Source: an uncultured Microthrixaceae bacterium
GTDB taxonomy: Bacteria > Actinomycetota > Acidimicrobiia > Acidimicrobiales > DATDAH01
DNA length: 64,000 bases
Reading direction: 5' to 3'
NCBI GenBank assembly: GCA_964649545.1
Contig: CAZYPY010000004.1
Span: 12,438 to 76,437 of the forward strand
In this document: positions 17,373 through 26,908 of the stretch, one piece after another
Layout of the letters: every line of letters begins with the position of its first letter
How positions within the stretch are numbered: the stretch's first letter is position 1
Program-made: the position numbers and the translations under genes
The notes under the pieces: generated by a model
Told to the model about the DNA's origin: nothing
The model's input: the letters and a program-made list of their open reading frames with translations, nothing else
The model's database searches: none

Positions 17373-18128
17373 ATGGCGGGGCGGCTCTGCCTGACGGGGG
17401 TGGTCAGGTTCGAGGAGGGCACGAGGGAGCGAGCGCTGCACGGCGACCAGCCACGCCTCGTACTCGTGCGCACCGCGCTCGACGCCGGCCACCCGGTTCC
17501 TGCCGACGAGCTGGCGTTGCTGTTGTGGCCGGCCGCTTCTCGCCACTCGGACGGCGCGCTGCGGGGCGTGGTGGCCAAGGTGCGTTCGTTCCTCGGACCC
17601 GCGGCCACCCTCGAGGGCGTCGGTCACTGCTACCGATTCCGACCGGCTCGCGCCACCGTCGACGTCGAGGAGGCCGCGGGTCACCTCGCCGCCGCCGAGA
17701 CGGCCGCGACCGATCGACGCTGGGTGGCGGCCGCGACCGCGGCCGATTCGGCGGTGGTGCTGCTCGCCGACCCGCTCCTCCCGGGGGTGGACGCGCCATG
17801 GCTCCTCCCGTGGCGAGCACGACTCGAGCGCCGATGCGCCCGGGCGCGGCGGGTCGGGGCACTCGCCCACTCCGCCCTCGGCCACCACGACGAGGCGCGC
17901 GATCGGGCCGAGTCCGCCGTCGGGCCCGATCCCTTCGACGAGCGGAACCACCGGGTCCTCATGACGGTCCTGCTGGCCGGCGGGAACCGCTCCGAGGCGC
18001 TGCGGGCCTACGAGCGCCTGCGCCGCCTCCTCGACGAGGAGCTCGGTGTCGGCCCCGACGCCGAGACGCGGTCCGTGTACGAGCGCGCGGTCGAGGGAGG
18101 GACGCTCCCGGACCTCGACATCGGGTGA
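17373..18128 (+). CDS. SARP (AfsR/DnrI/RedD) family transcriptional regulator: OmpR-type winged helix plus BTAD
   Basis: 251 aa. DNA-binding part LVLVRTALDAGHPVPADELALLLWP...LRGVVAKVRSFLG. BTAD part PLLPGVDAPWLLPWRARLE...NHRVLMTVLLAGGNRSEALRAYERLRRLLDEELGVGPDAETRSVYERAV. Confidence 0.85.
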   Translation: MAGRLCLTGVVRFEEGTRERALHGDQPRLVLVRTALDAGHPVPADELALLLWPAASRHSDGALRGVVAKVRSFLGPAATLEGVGHCYRFRPARATVDVEEAAGHLAAAETAATDRRWVAAATAADSAVVLLADPLLPGVDAPWLLPWRARLERRCARARRVGALAHSALGHHDEARDRAESAVGPDPFDERNHRVLMTVLLAGGNRSEALRAYERLRRLLDEELGVGPDAETRSVYERAVEGGTLPDLDIG

Positions 18129-18211
18129 CCCCCGCCCGCCCCGTGCGGGCCGGCGAGGCCGGCATCGACACCCGAGACCACGGGCCGTCGCCTCGCGGGC
18201 GATACTCGGGC

Positions 18212-20134
18212 ATGGCGCAGCGGCGGATCGGGCTCGGGTGGGTCGGGCTCCTGGCGGCCGCGTGCTGGGCGGCGTCGCTCGTGCCCGTCGGTGCCGCGAC
18301 CACCCAGACGACCACGGCGATCACCGGAACGGTCCGCGACTCGGCCGGCGGGGAGCCGATCGCCGGTGCCCGGGTCGCCGCGCTCCGGACGACCGACTAC
18401 GGCCTCGCCGGCGGCGCCGAGGCGGGTCCCGACGGTGCGTTCGCCCTGACCGGGCTGCCCGAGGGGTCGTACTTCCTGTACCTGTTCGACCCCGCGGGCC
18501 GGCACCGGGCCGCCTTCCACGGCACCCCCGCCACGGTGACCGTGACGACCGGAGCGACGACGGCGGTGGCGCCGACCATGGCCCCGTTGCGAGGCGGCCT
18601 CACGGGCACGGTGACCGAGGACGGGTCCGGGGTGCCGGTGGCCGGGGCGTGGGTCCTCGTCCTCGCCGCCGCCACCGGGCGGCTCGTGACCGGCACCACG
18701 ACCGCCGCCGACGGCTCCTTCGCGGTCTCCGACCTCCGGGCGGGGGACCACTGGGTCGTGATCGCCGATCCCCGTGGACGGCACCAGCCCGAGTTCTTCG
18801 ACGACTCCCCCGGGCCCGTGGACGCGGCCACGGTGTCGACCCTTGCCGGCGCCACGACCACGATCACGGCCTCGCTCGCCGCGAGCACGCCGAACGACCG
18901 CCACGCGTCCTTGACCGGCGCGGTGACCGAAGAAGGTACCGGGGACGCACTCCCGCAGGCCTGGGTGATCGCCCTCGACGCGACGACCTTCACCATGGTG
19001 GGCGGCACCGCCGTCGCCCCAGACGGCCGATACGAGCTCGCGGTGTCCCCCGGGCGCTACCTGGTCGGGTTCCTCGACCCCACGGGCGACCACCCCATGC
19101 GATGGCACGCAGGGGTCGACCAGACGGACCTCGGCGACGCCACGCCGGTCGAGGTCGCCGACACGGCCACGGTCGACGCCCAGCTCCCCGCCACCACCGG
19201 CACGCTGCGCGGCACCGTCCGCGAGGACGAGAGCCACGACCCCGTCCCCGGCGCCTGGACGGTGGCGATCGGCCCCACGGAGGTCCGGGTGGTGAACACC
19301 GCGGCAGACGGCACGTTCGCATTCGCCGACCTGCCCGCCGGCACGTACCGGGCCGCGTTCGTCGACCCCGCCTCCGGGCGCCAGGTCGAGTTCTGGGACG
19401 GCGCCACGGCCTACGAGGGCGCCACCCCGGTGGCGGTCCCGGCGGGCGGCGAGGCGTCGGTCGAGACCTCGCTGGCGCCACCGCGGTGCGGCCAGGTCGG
19501 CGCCCCGGACCCCTGCCTCCCCGCCTTCCCGCTCCCGGTCGCGGGGCCGGGCTGGTCCCGGTACGACATCGCCGCCGGCGCCCACTCGGCGACGGTCACG
19601 AGGGGGGCCTCGGCCACCGCCCCCAAGGCGGGGTTCAGCACCGCGTCGGGCCGGCGCTACCACTTCGTGTTCGACCAGTCGGCCGCCTACGTGCTCACGA
19701 ACCCGACGCAACCCGAGGATCAGTTCGACTGGAACAAGCTTCCGGGCCTCTCCGACTGCGGCCAGCTCGACCTCTCCCAGGACGGCTGGATGTTCGGGTG
19801 GCGTTGGCGCACCGACCTCAGTCCAACCGTGCTCGAGGTCACCGCCTACGCGAACAACGCCGGCACTCACCTCACCCCGCCCACCCCGCTCCTCACCCTG
19901 ACGGCGGAGCAGCTCGGCGAGCGGGTGCCCGTCTGGTTCGAGCTCGGTGTCTCCGCCGACCGCCAGCGCTACGAGTTCCGCGTCGCCGGCCCCGGCCGCC
20001 GCTCCGCGTCCACCACCCTCCCCCGGCGGTGCGCCGGCACGTCGACCTCCACCTTCAAGTGGGCCTCCGGGTTCTACTTCGGCGGCACCAGCGCCGCGCC
20101 CACGTCGGTGCGCGGCTGGATCAACGAGCCCTGA
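18212..20134 (+). CDS. Secreted protein with four carboxypeptidase-regulatory-like (CarboxypepD_reg-type) repeats and a ~215-aa C-terminal domain of unknown function
   Basis: In frame of ORF 17165..20134, which overlaps the SARP gene. ATG 18212 gives a signal peptide MAQRRIGLGWVGLLAAACWAASLVPVGA. Repeats have the TGTV.D..G.P..GA.V......G.......DG.F....L..G.Y pattern. Confidence 0.8.
   Translation: MAQRRIGLGWVGLLAAACWAASLVPVGAATTQTTTAITGTVRDSAGGEPIAGARVAALRTTDYGLAGGAEAGPDGAFALTGLPEGSYFLYLFDPAGRHRAAFHGTPATVTVTTGATTAVAPTMAPLRGGLTGTVTEDGSGVPVAGAWVLVLAAATGRLVTGTTTAADGSFAVSDLRAGDHWVVIADPRGRHQPEFFDDSPGPVDAATVSTLAGATTTITASLAASTPNDRHASLTGAVTEEGTGDALPQAWVIALDATTFTMVGGTAVAPDGRYELAVSPGRYLVGFLDPTGDHPMRWHAGVDQTDLGDATPVEVADTATVDAQLPATTGTLRGTVREDESHDPVPGAWTVAIGPTEVRVVNTAADGTFAFADLPAGTYRAAFVDPASGRQVEFWDGATAYEGATPVAVPAGGEASVETSLAPPRCGQVGAPDPCLPAFPLPVAGPGWSRYDIAAGAHSATVTRGASATAPKAGFSTASGRRYHFVFDQSAAYVLTNPTQPEDQFDWNKLPGLSDCGQLDLSQDGWMFGWRWRTDLSPTVLEVTAYANNAGTHLTPPTPLLTLTAEQLGERVPVWFELGVSADRQRYEFRVAGPGRRSASTTLPRRCAGTSTSTFKWASGFYFGGTSAAPTSVRGWINEP
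18323..19483 (+). repeat. Four ~95-100-aa protein-level tandem repeats inside CDS 18212..20134
   Basis: Units start TGTVRDSAGGEPIAGARV, TGTVTEDGSGVPVAGAWV, TGAVTEEGTGDALPQAWV and RGTVREDESHDPVPGAWT. Confidence 0.8.
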
Positions 20135-20138
20135 CCCG

Positions 20139-20156
20139 CCGACCGGTCCCGGTCGG
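20139..20156 (+). terminator. Short GC hairpin (8-bp stem, 2-nt loop) 4 nt after the stop of 18212..20134
   Basis: ccgaccgg tc ccggtcgg is a perfect inverted repeat. It is followed by the most AT-rich stretch of the spacer. Confidence 0.4.
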
Positions 20157-20216
20157 GCCGCGCCTCGGCCACTGGTGGTTTCTGACGAAGCGCGATGCGG
20201 GATAGGTTCTTCGCTG

Positions 20217-20702
20217 ATGTTCGACGACCTGCTCGAGGCCAACCGGCGGTACCAGGAAGACTTCCACGACTCCGGCGTGGCCGGTCGGGCGGCCAAGGGC
20301 CTCGCCGTCATCACGTGCATCGACTCCCGCATCGACCCGCTGCGCATGCTCGGCCTGAAGGCGGGTGACGCCAAGATCATCCGCAACGCCGGCGCGCGCG
20401 TCACCGACGACGCCCTGCGCTCGCTCGTCCTGGCGGTCAACCTGCTGGGCGTGAACCGGGTGTGCGTCGTGCAGCACACCGAGTGCGCCATGGCCGGCGG
20501 CAGCGACGAGGAGCTGCGCACGCGCATCGGCGAGCTCCAGCACGCGGATGCCTCCGGCTGGGAGTTCCACGCCATGGACGACCAGCGGGCCGCGCTCGCC
20601 GGCGACCTCGAGAAGATCGCCGAGTGCCCGCTGTTGCCGGCCGACCTCGAGGTCGGCGGCTTCGTCTTCGACGTCCGCAGCGGCTCGCTCACGCCTGCCT
20701 GA
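20217..20702 (+). CDS. Beta-class carbonic anhydrase
   Basis: ATG 20217 within ORF 19947..20702. Zinc-ligand motifs CIDSR and HTECA. 161 aa. Confidence 0.9.
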   Translation: MFDDLLEANRRYQEDFHDSGVAGRAAKGLAVITCIDSRIDPLRMLGLKAGDAKIIRNAGARVTDDALRSLVLAVNLLGVNRVCVVQHTECAMAGGSDEELRTRIGELQHADASGWEFHAMDDQRAALAGDLEKIAECPLLPADLEVGGFVFDVRSGSLTPA

Positions 20703-20728
20703 CCCGAGACCGCAGCGCCGGCGCGACG

Positions 20729-21235
20729 ATGGCGGCCATGGAGGTGCTCGTGCTGGCGGACACACACGTCAGGGCCGACCGCCGGCGCGACCTCCCCGCG
20801 GAGGTCTGGGACGCCGCCGACCGCGCCCACCTCATCCTGCACGCCGGAGACGTGGTCACCGGGTCGCTGCTCGACGACCTCGCGGTGCGGGCGCCGCTGC
20901 GAGCCGTGCTCGGCAACAACGACGACGGCCTCGACGACCGCCTGCCGATCGAGGATCGGGTCGACCTCGACGGCTACCGGATCGCCCTCGTCCACGACAC
21001 CGGCCCGACCGCCGGCCGGCCGGGCCGCATGAAGCGCCGATACCCGGACGCCGACCTCGTGGTGTTCGGGCACTCGCACCTCCCGCTCGACGAGGAGGGC
21101 GTCGACGGCCAGCGGTTGTTCAACCCCGGCAGCTGCACCGAGCGGCGCCGTGCGCCCCACCGCACCTACGGCCTCCTGGTGGTCGCGGGCGGCCGACTCC
21201 TCGACCACCAGGTCATGGCGCTTCCGGGTCCCTGA
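20729..21235 (+). CDS. Metallophosphoesterase, YfcE/MJ0936-like
   Basis: ATG 20729 within ORF 20462..21235. Motifs LADTH, HAGD, GNND, GHSH. Confidence 0.85.
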   Translation: MAAMEVLVLADTHVRADRRRDLPAEVWDAADRAHLILHAGDVVTGSLLDDLAVRAPLRAVLGNNDDGLDDRLPIEDRVDLDGYRIALVHDTGPTAGRPGRMKRRYPDADLVVFGHSHLPLDEEGVDGQRLFNPGSCTERRRAPHRTYGLLVVAGGRLLDHQVMALPGP

Positions 21236-21243
21236 ACCCGGGG

Positions 21244-22065
21244 TCAGTCGCCGAGGGACTCGGTCAGCCGATCGAGCACCGGACGCAACACCAGGGTGTA
21301 GGTGTCCGCGATGGCGGGCTCGCGGTGATCCGCCTGCGCCGCCAAGCGGTCGGGGTCCGTGGCCACCGCGAGAAAGGCCGCGCGGCTCGGGAACCGGTTG
21401 AACCGGGCCTCGTCCCACGACCGGCCGTCGCCGAGGATCGTGCCCTCGACGGTCAGCCAGCCACCGATGCGCACCCCGTGGGGCACCGCCACCGCCCCGG
21501 CGGCGTCCTGGTAGCTCACCATGGACGCACCGGCACCGGCACGCTCGGCGAACCGCAGCAGGTGGAACACGACGATGGCCGGGTCCTCGTCGGTCGGCGG
21601 GTGCGGCACGTCCTCCCAGCCGGGTGCATCCGCCGGCAAGGAGGGCGTCGAGCGGGGGACGCCGCCGACCACGATCGTGCGCTCCATCCCCGCGTCCTTG
21701 TGGGGGTGCTTCTCCTCGAACGAGCGCAGGTGGGTCATCTCCACGAAGGACCGGTGGGTCGGGTACTTCACCACCGCGACCCGGTCCCAGGCCGGCGCCG
21801 CGCCGAGCAGCTGGGACTCGACCTCGGCGACGAACACGAGCTCCGCCCCGATCTCGGCGAACGCCTCGAAGGGCGCGTAGGCGTCGTCGGCCTCCTGTCC
21901 GCTCATCGTGGACACCCGGCCGTCGGCGTACTCGGCCACCGGTCGATAGCGCATGAGGTTGACCATCCAGACGGGGCCGTCCTCGTCGGGCGCCGACGCC
22001 AGCGCCGCCTCGTAGGCCAGGTCGACCTCGGCGTAGCGGATGGTCAGGTTGGGGTTGACCGCCAT
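21244..22065 (-). CDS. Tandem DUF1330/Dabb-like domain protein
   Basis: ORF 21244..22092. ATG 22065 (MAVNPNL) is preferred because GGAGGAG lies 6 nt upstream. Two related halves (WMVNLMRYRP... and VVFHLLRFAE...). Family call is from memory. Confidence 0.65.
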   Translation of the reverse strand: MAVNPNLTIRYAEVDLAYEAALASAPDEDGPVWMVNLMRYRPVAEYADGRVSTMSGQEADDAYAPFEAFAEIGAELVFVAEVESQLLGAAPAWDRVAVVKYPTHRSFVEMTHLRSFEEKHPHKDAGMERTIVVGGVPRSTPSLPADAPGWEDVPHPPTDEDPAIVVFHLLRFAERAGAGASMVSYQDAAGAVAVPHGVRIGGWLTVEGTILGDGRSWDEARFNRFPSRAAFLAVATDPDRLAAQADHREPAIADTYTLVLRPVLDRLTESLGD

Positions 22066-22105
22066 GGCCGGCTCCTCCGAATCATTTGACACTCAGCGTG
22101 TCAGA

Positions 22106-22861
22106 TCATAGGTCGGCGCCGAGCAGCCAGTCGCACCACTCGTCGAGGCCCTCCCCGGTGCGGGCACTGGCCAGGATCACCCGGGCGGTCGGGTTCACCT
22201 CGGCGAGGTGAACCAGGAACCGGTCGAGGTCGAGGTCGAGGTGCGGCAGCAGGTCGACCTTGTTGACCACCACCACGTCGACGGCACGGAACATCACGGG
22301 GTACTTGAGGGGCTTCTCCTCCCCCTCGGTGACGGCGTAGACCATGGCCTTGGCGTGCTCTCCGACGTCGAACTCGGCCGGGCACACGAGGTTGCCGACG
22401 TTCTCGATCACCAGCAGGTCGAGGTCGGCGAGCGGGAGCCGTCCGAGGCCGGCGCGCACCATGACCGCGTCGAGGTGGCACTCCCCGCCGAAGCCGGCAC
22501 TGGTGTTGACGAGGGAGATGGCCGCGGCACCCCGCCCCGAGAGGTCGTCGGCGTCGAGGCTCGTGGCGATGTCGCCCTCCAGCACCCCGATGCGGCAACG
22601 GTCGGCGAGGCGGTCGAGGGTGCCCTTGAGCAGCGTGGTCTTGCCCGCGCCCGGCGACGACATCAGGTTCACCACCCGGACGCCCGCAGCGGCGAAGGCG
22701 GAGCGGTTGTCCTCGGCGACCGCGTCGTTCTCGCCGAGGAGGCGCTCGAGGACCTCGACCCGCTCGGTTCCCGTGTCGGTGTAGCCCGAGTGGTCGCCGA
22801 CGTCGTGCTCGTGATCGTGGGCGTGGATGCTCCCGTCGGCGTGGCGGTGGAAGCGCCCCAT
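22106..22861 (-). CDS. hypB: Hydrogenase nickel-incorporation GTPase HypB
   Basis: ATG 22861 within ORF 22106..23185. His-rich N-terminus HRHADGSIHAHDHEHDVGDH, P-loop SSPGAGKTT, ENVGNLVCP, NKVDL. Confidence 0.95.
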   Translation of the reverse strand: MGRFHRHADGSIHAHDHEHDVGDHSGYTDTGTERVEVLERLLGENDAVAEDNRSAFAAAGVRVVNLMSSPGAGKTTLLKGTLDRLADRCRIGVLEGDIATSLDADDLSGRGAAAISLVNTSAGFGGECHLDAVMVRAGLGRLPLADLDLLVIENVGNLVCPAEFDVGEHAKAMVYAVTEGEEKPLKYPVMFRAVDVVVVNKVDLLPHLDLDLDRFLVHLAEVNPTARVILASARTGEGLDEWCDWLLGADL

Positions 22862-23202
22862 CACGCCACCGACCGCACGTCGATCGCCGTCACCAGTAGC
22901 TCCTCCCCGGACACGAGCTCGACGTCGCGACCCTCGCACGCCCCACACACCAGGACCGGCCACTCGAGCCTCGTCTCGGCTGCGCACCGCCGGCAGCGCA
23001 CCACCGCCGGCACGTCCTCCACGTCGAGCACGGCCCCGTCGAGGTCGGTGCCGTCGGTCACCGCCCGCCAGGCCAGGTCGAGCGCCCCGGGGACGACCTG
23101 GCGCAGGTGCCCGATCCGCAGGTGCACGCGGGACACGGGGCGGCCGTCGGCGTGCGGCGCCACGGTGGCGACGACCGACCGGCACAGCGCCAGCTCATGC
23201 AC
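22861..23202 (-). CDS. hypA: Hydrogenase maturation nickel metallochaperone HypA
   Basis: GTG 23202 gives the N-terminus (M)HELALCRSV. Zinc site CRRC...CGAC. ATGA-type overlap with the hypB start. Confidence 0.9.
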   Translation of the reverse strand: MHELALCRSVVATVAPHADGRPVSRVHLRIGHLRQVVPGALDLAWRAVTDGTDLDGAVLDVEDVPAVVRCRRCAAETRLEWPVLVCGACEGRDVELVSGEELLVTAIDVRSVA

Positions 23203-24325
23203 CGGCGCGTCCCAGGGAGATCGCGACCTCACGCGACATCCGCCCGTACCGGTGGTACGCCGCGCAGGCGCCCTCGGACGAGACCATGCACGTCCCGATC
23301 GGGTGCTCGGGGGTGCAGGCGGTACCGAACACCTTGCACTCCCACGGCTTCAACGCTCCCCGCAGGACCTCTCCGCACTGACACGCGCGCGGGTCGGCCA
23401 CCGACCGACGCGGCAGCGCGAAGCGGGCCTCCGCGTCCCACGCCGCCAGCTCCGGTCGCAGGGCCAGGCCGCTGTCGGGCAGTGCCCCCAGGCCCCGCCA
23501 CTCGAACGAGGAACGGGTCACGAAGGCCTCGTCGAGCAGCGCCCGCGCCACCGGGTTGCCCTCGGGCCGCACGACCCGGCCGTACTGGTTCTCCACCTCG
23601 CACCGGCCCTCGAGCCGCTGCACCAGCAGCCGGGCCACCGCGTCGAGCAGGTCGAGCGGCTCGAAACCGGCCACCACGATCGGTGTGCCCAGCTCCTCGG
23701 CCACGAACCGGTACGGCTCGAGCCCGAGGACCGTGGAGACGTGTCCCGGCCCGATCAGGCCGTCGAGGCCCGCGTCGGGGGCGGACAGGATGGCCCGCAA
23801 CGGCGGGCCGATCGTGACGTGGTTCACGAACGCCGAGAAGTTGGCCACGCCGTCGTCGCGGGCCCGCAGCACCGTGCGGGCCGTCGACGGCGCCGTGGTC
23901 TCGAACCCCACCGCGAAGAACACGACCTCGCGGTCGGGGTGGTCGACCGCCAGGGCCAGCGCGTCCAGCGGTGAGTACACGATGCGGACGTCGGCGCCCC
24001 GGGCCTTCGCGTCGAGGAGGCTCCCGGACGAGCCGGGGACGCGGAGCAGGTCACCGAAGGTGGCGAGGGTGACACCCGGGGTCGTGGCCAACGCGATCGC
24101 GTCATCGACGCGACCCAGGGGGATGACGCACACGGGGCACCCCGGACCGTGGACGAGCTCGACCTCGGGCGGCAGGAGCTGCTCGAGGCCGTGGCGGTAG
24201 ATCGTGTGGGTGTGGCCGCCGCAGACCTCCATGAACCGGGACGGCGCCGCCGGGGCGAGCCTGCGGATCCGCTCGAGCAGCGCCTCGGCCGCCTGTGGGT
24301 CCCGGTACTCGTCGACGAACCTCAC
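23195..24325 (-). CDS. hypD: Hydrogenase formation protein HypD
   Basis: GTG 24325 (VRFVDEYRD) within ORF 23195..24580. Motifs CGGHTH, GPGCPVCV, and a C-terminal Cys cluster CKVFGTACTPEHPIGTCMVSSEGACAAY. Confidence 0.95.
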   Translation of the reverse strand: MRFVDEYRDPQAAEALLERIRRLAPAAPSRFMEVCGGHTHTIYRHGLEQLLPPEVELVHGPGCPVCVIPLGRVDDAIALATTPGVTLATFGDLLRVPGSSGSLLDAKARGADVRIVYSPLDALALAVDHPDREVVFFAVGFETTAPSTARTVLRARDDGVANFSAFVNHVTIGPPLRAILSAPDAGLDGLIGPGHVSTVLGLEPYRFVAEELGTPIVVAGFEPLDLLDAVARLLVQRLEGRCEVENQYGRVVRPEGNPVARALLDEAFVTRSSFEWRGLGALPDSGLALRPELAAWDAEARFALPRRSVADPRACQCGEVLRGALKPWECKVFGTACTPEHPIGTCMVSSEGACAAYHRYGRMSREVAISLGRAGA

Positions 24326-24582
24326 GGGCCGACCTCCGGCTCGGCACCGGGGCCGAGGTCTCCCTCGGCCCGAAGTCGCGCCAGCTCGCGTGCGGCCTCG
24401 GCCTCGTCGATGCGGGCGAGGGCGAACCCGACGTGCACCAGCACCCACTCCCCTGCGGCCACCGGGGCCTCGGCGAGCAGGCTGACGTCCACCTCGCGTC
24501 GCACGCCGCCCACGTCGATGGTGGCCTGATCGGGGCGCGTCGCGCCGACGTCGACGACCTGGCCGGGGATTCCGAGACACAT
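24322..24582 (-). CDS. hypC: Hydrogenase assembly chaperone HypC/HupF
   Basis: 86 aa, N-terminal MCLGIPGQV. GTGA overlap with hypD. Confidence 0.95.
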   Translation of the reverse strand: MCLGIPGQVVDVGATRPDQATIDVGGVRREVDVSLLAEAPVAAGEWVLVHVGFALARIDEAEAARELARLRAEGDLGPGAEPEVGP

Positions 24583-24586
24583 GGCG

Positions 24587-26908
24587 CTACCTCGCTCGCT
24601 GCCCGCTCGACGCTACCCCTGCCCGTGCCCGCGCGACCGCAGCCTGGCCGAGGCTGATGCCGCCGTCGTTGGGTGGGATGTCCCGGTGCGCGAGGACCTC
24701 CAGCCCGGCGGTCTCCAGACCGTCGGCCACCACGGCCGCGAACCGGGGGTTCTGGAATACACCGCCGGTGAGCACCACGGTCGAACGACCGCGCGCCCGG
24801 GCCAGGGCCGCGGCCAGGCCTGCGGTGGCACGGGCGAACGAGTCGTGGAAGCCCGCCGCCACCTCGGGCGCCGGGACACCGGCGGCGGCGGCCGCCAGCA
24901 CCGCACCGATCAGGGGACGCGGGTCGAGGACGGGCACCGGGCCCTGCTCGTCGACCGACACCGGGTAGGCCGGGGCCGAGCCGGTCGGGACCCGCCGGGC
25001 GAGCGCCTCCAGCTCGATCGCGGCCTGACCCTCGTAGGACGTGACGCGCCGCACGCCGAGGATCGCCGCCACCGCGTCGAAGAGGCGACCCGCGCTCGTG
25101 GTCGTGGGCACCCCCTCCCCGTCGAGCAGGGCGACGAGGGCCCCGGCGCGGGGGTCGAGGCGCTCACCGAGGGCGATCGCCGCCTCGGGACCGCACGCGG
25201 CGTGCATCCACGCCATCGCCATGCGCCACGGCTCGCGGATGGCGGCGGCACCCCCGGGCAGCGCCACCGGCCGGAGGTGGGCCACCCGCTCGCACCCGAC
25301 GAGATCCACGTCGAGCAGCTCGCCGCCCCAGAGCGCGTCGCGGTCGCCGAGGCCCAGGCCGTCGTAGGCCACCGCCAGCGCGGGGCCCGAGCGACCGTGC
25401 TCGACCAGGCCGGCGGCGGCGTGGGCGTGGTGGTGCAGGACCGGCTCGAGCGCCAGTTCGGTCGCCCGCGCCCACTGGGTGCTGCGGTAGCCGGGATGGC
25501 GGTCGTGGGCCACCACGGTCGGGGCGACGGCGAACGCGTGACAGAGGTGGCGCACCGTGGCCTCGAAGGCGGCGGTGGCGGCGGGGTGTTCCAGGTCCCC
25601 CAGGTGGGGGCCGGTGACGGCCCACGAGCCGGTCGCCACCGTCACCGTGCTCTTGAGCTCGGCCCCGACGGCGAGCACGTCGGGGGTCGCGGTCCCACCG
25701 ATCGGCAGCAGGAACGGTTCGGGGGCGTAGCCACGCGCCCGCCGCAGCACCTGCACGCCCCGACCCGTCGCCCGGACGACCGAGTCCTCGGCGGCGACGT
25801 GGATCGGGCGGTCGTGGGTGAGGAGGGCGTCGGCGAGGGGGCCGAGGCGGCGGCGCGCCTCGTCGTCACGGTGGGCGATGGGCTCGTCGCTGAGGTTGCC
25901 GCTGGTCATCACCAGCGGCCCGCCCACCTCGTGCAGCAACAGGTGGTGCAGCGGGGTGTAGGCCAACACCACGCCGAGGTCGGCGAGCCCGGGTGCCACC
26001 CTCGGCGCGATGGGCGCGCCGACCTGCCGGGGCGCGAGCACCACCGGCCGCCGCCACGAGGTGAGCGCGGCGAGCCCGTCGTCGTCGAGGTCGACGAGCG
26101 TGGTGGCGTCCTCGGCGTTCCCCACCATCACCGCGAAGGGCTTGTCGTCACGATGCTTGCGGGCCCGCAGCCGGGCCACCGCGCCGGCGTCGTCCGCGCG
26201 CACCGCGAGGTGGTAGCCGCCGATCCCCTTCACCGCGACGATCCCGCCCTCCCGCAGCACCCGCGCCGCCCCGAGCAGTGCGGCATCACCGGTCGCCCGC
26301 GGCGATCCGGCCCCGTCGGACCGCTCGAGGGCGAGCCGCGGCCCGCAGTCGGGGCAGGCGACGGGCTCGGCGTGGAAGCGCCGGTCGGCCGGATCCTCGT
26401 ACTCGCCGCGGCAGGCGGCGCACATCTCGAAGCCGTCCATGGTGGTGGTGGCGCGGTCGTACGGCACGGCCCGCACGATCGTGTAGCGAGGCCCGCAATC
26501 CGTGCAGTTCGCGAACGGGTAGCGGTGGCGGCGGTCGGCGGGGTCGAGCACCTCGGCCAGGCAGGCGTCGCACACCCCGAGATCGGGGCTGACCGCCGCG
26601 GGTGCGAGGGCGCTGGTGGTGGCGGCCGTTGACGTCACGATGGCGAAGCCGTCCTCGCCCCGCGGGAGCAGGTCGGTGCTGTCCAGCCTCGCCACCCTGG
26701 CCGCCGGCGGTGGCTGCTCGCACAGGCGGCGGCACAGCTCGTCGAGGGCGTCGCTCGACCCCTCCGCCTCGATGACCACCCCGTGGGGGTCGTTGGCGAC
26801 GGACCCCGCGAGCCCGAGCGCCGTGGCCTCCCGGTACACGAAGGGCCGGAAGCCGACCCCCTGCACGGTGCCCGTCACCCGCAGTCGTCGTCGGTGCCGC
26901 CGGGTCAA
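24587..26908 (-). CDS. hypF: Carbamoyltransferase HypF
   Basis: 773 aa. Acylphosphatase-like VTGTVQGVGFRPFV, zinc fingers CDACLAEV...CTDCGPRYT and CAACRGEY...CPDCGP, then YrdC-like and Kae1-like parts. Start codon as listed is TTG, overlapping the hypE stop (TTGA). Confidence 0.95.
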   Translation of the reverse strand: MTRRHRRRLRVTGTVQGVGFRPFVYREATALGLAGSVANDPHGVVIEAEGSSDALDELCRRLCEQPPPAARVARLDSTDLLPRGEDGFAIVTSTAATTSALAPAAVSPDLGVCDACLAEVLDPADRRHRYPFANCTDCGPRYTIVRAVPYDRATTTMDGFEMCAACRGEYEDPADRRFHAEPVACPDCGPRLALERSDGAGSPRATGDAALLGAARVLREGGIVAVKGIGGYHLAVRADDAGAVARLRARKHRDDKPFAVMVGNAEDATTLVDLDDDGLAALTSWRRPVVLAPRQVGAPIAPRVAPGLADLGVVLAYTPLHHLLLHEVGGPLVMTSGNLSDEPIAHRDDEARRRLGPLADALLTHDRPIHVAAEDSVVRATGRGVQVLRRARGYAPEPFLLPIGGTATPDVLAVGAELKSTVTVATGSWAVTGPHLGDLEHPAATAAFEATVRHLCHAFAVAPTVVAHDRHPGYRSTQWARATELALEPVLHHHAHAAAGLVEHGRSGPALAVAYDGLGLGDRDALWGGELLDVDLVGCERVAHLRPVALPGGAAAIREPWRMAMAWMHAACGPEAAIALGERLDPRAGALVALLDGEGVPTTTSAGRLFDAVAAILGVRRVTSYEGQAAIELEALARRVPTGSAPAYPVSVDEQGPVPVLDPRPLIGAVLAAAAAGVPAPEVAAGFHDSFARATAGLAAALARARGRSTVVLTGGVFQNPRFAAVVADGLETAGLEVLAHRDIPPNDGGISLGQAAVARARAGVASSGQRAR

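Noticed and set aside
17165-18211. N-terminal 349-aa extension of the ORF containing the secreted repeat protein
   Set aside because: It overlaps the well-supported SARP gene in another frame, is Arg/Pro/Gly junk, and the internal ATG at 18212 gives a canonical signal peptide.
18008-21418. 1136-aa minus-strand ORF opposite the secreted repeat protein, carbonic anhydrase and phosphoesterase genes
   Set aside because: Shadow ORF. The plus-strand genes carry a signal peptide and repeats, CIDSR/HTEC zinc motifs and metallophosphoesterase motifs.
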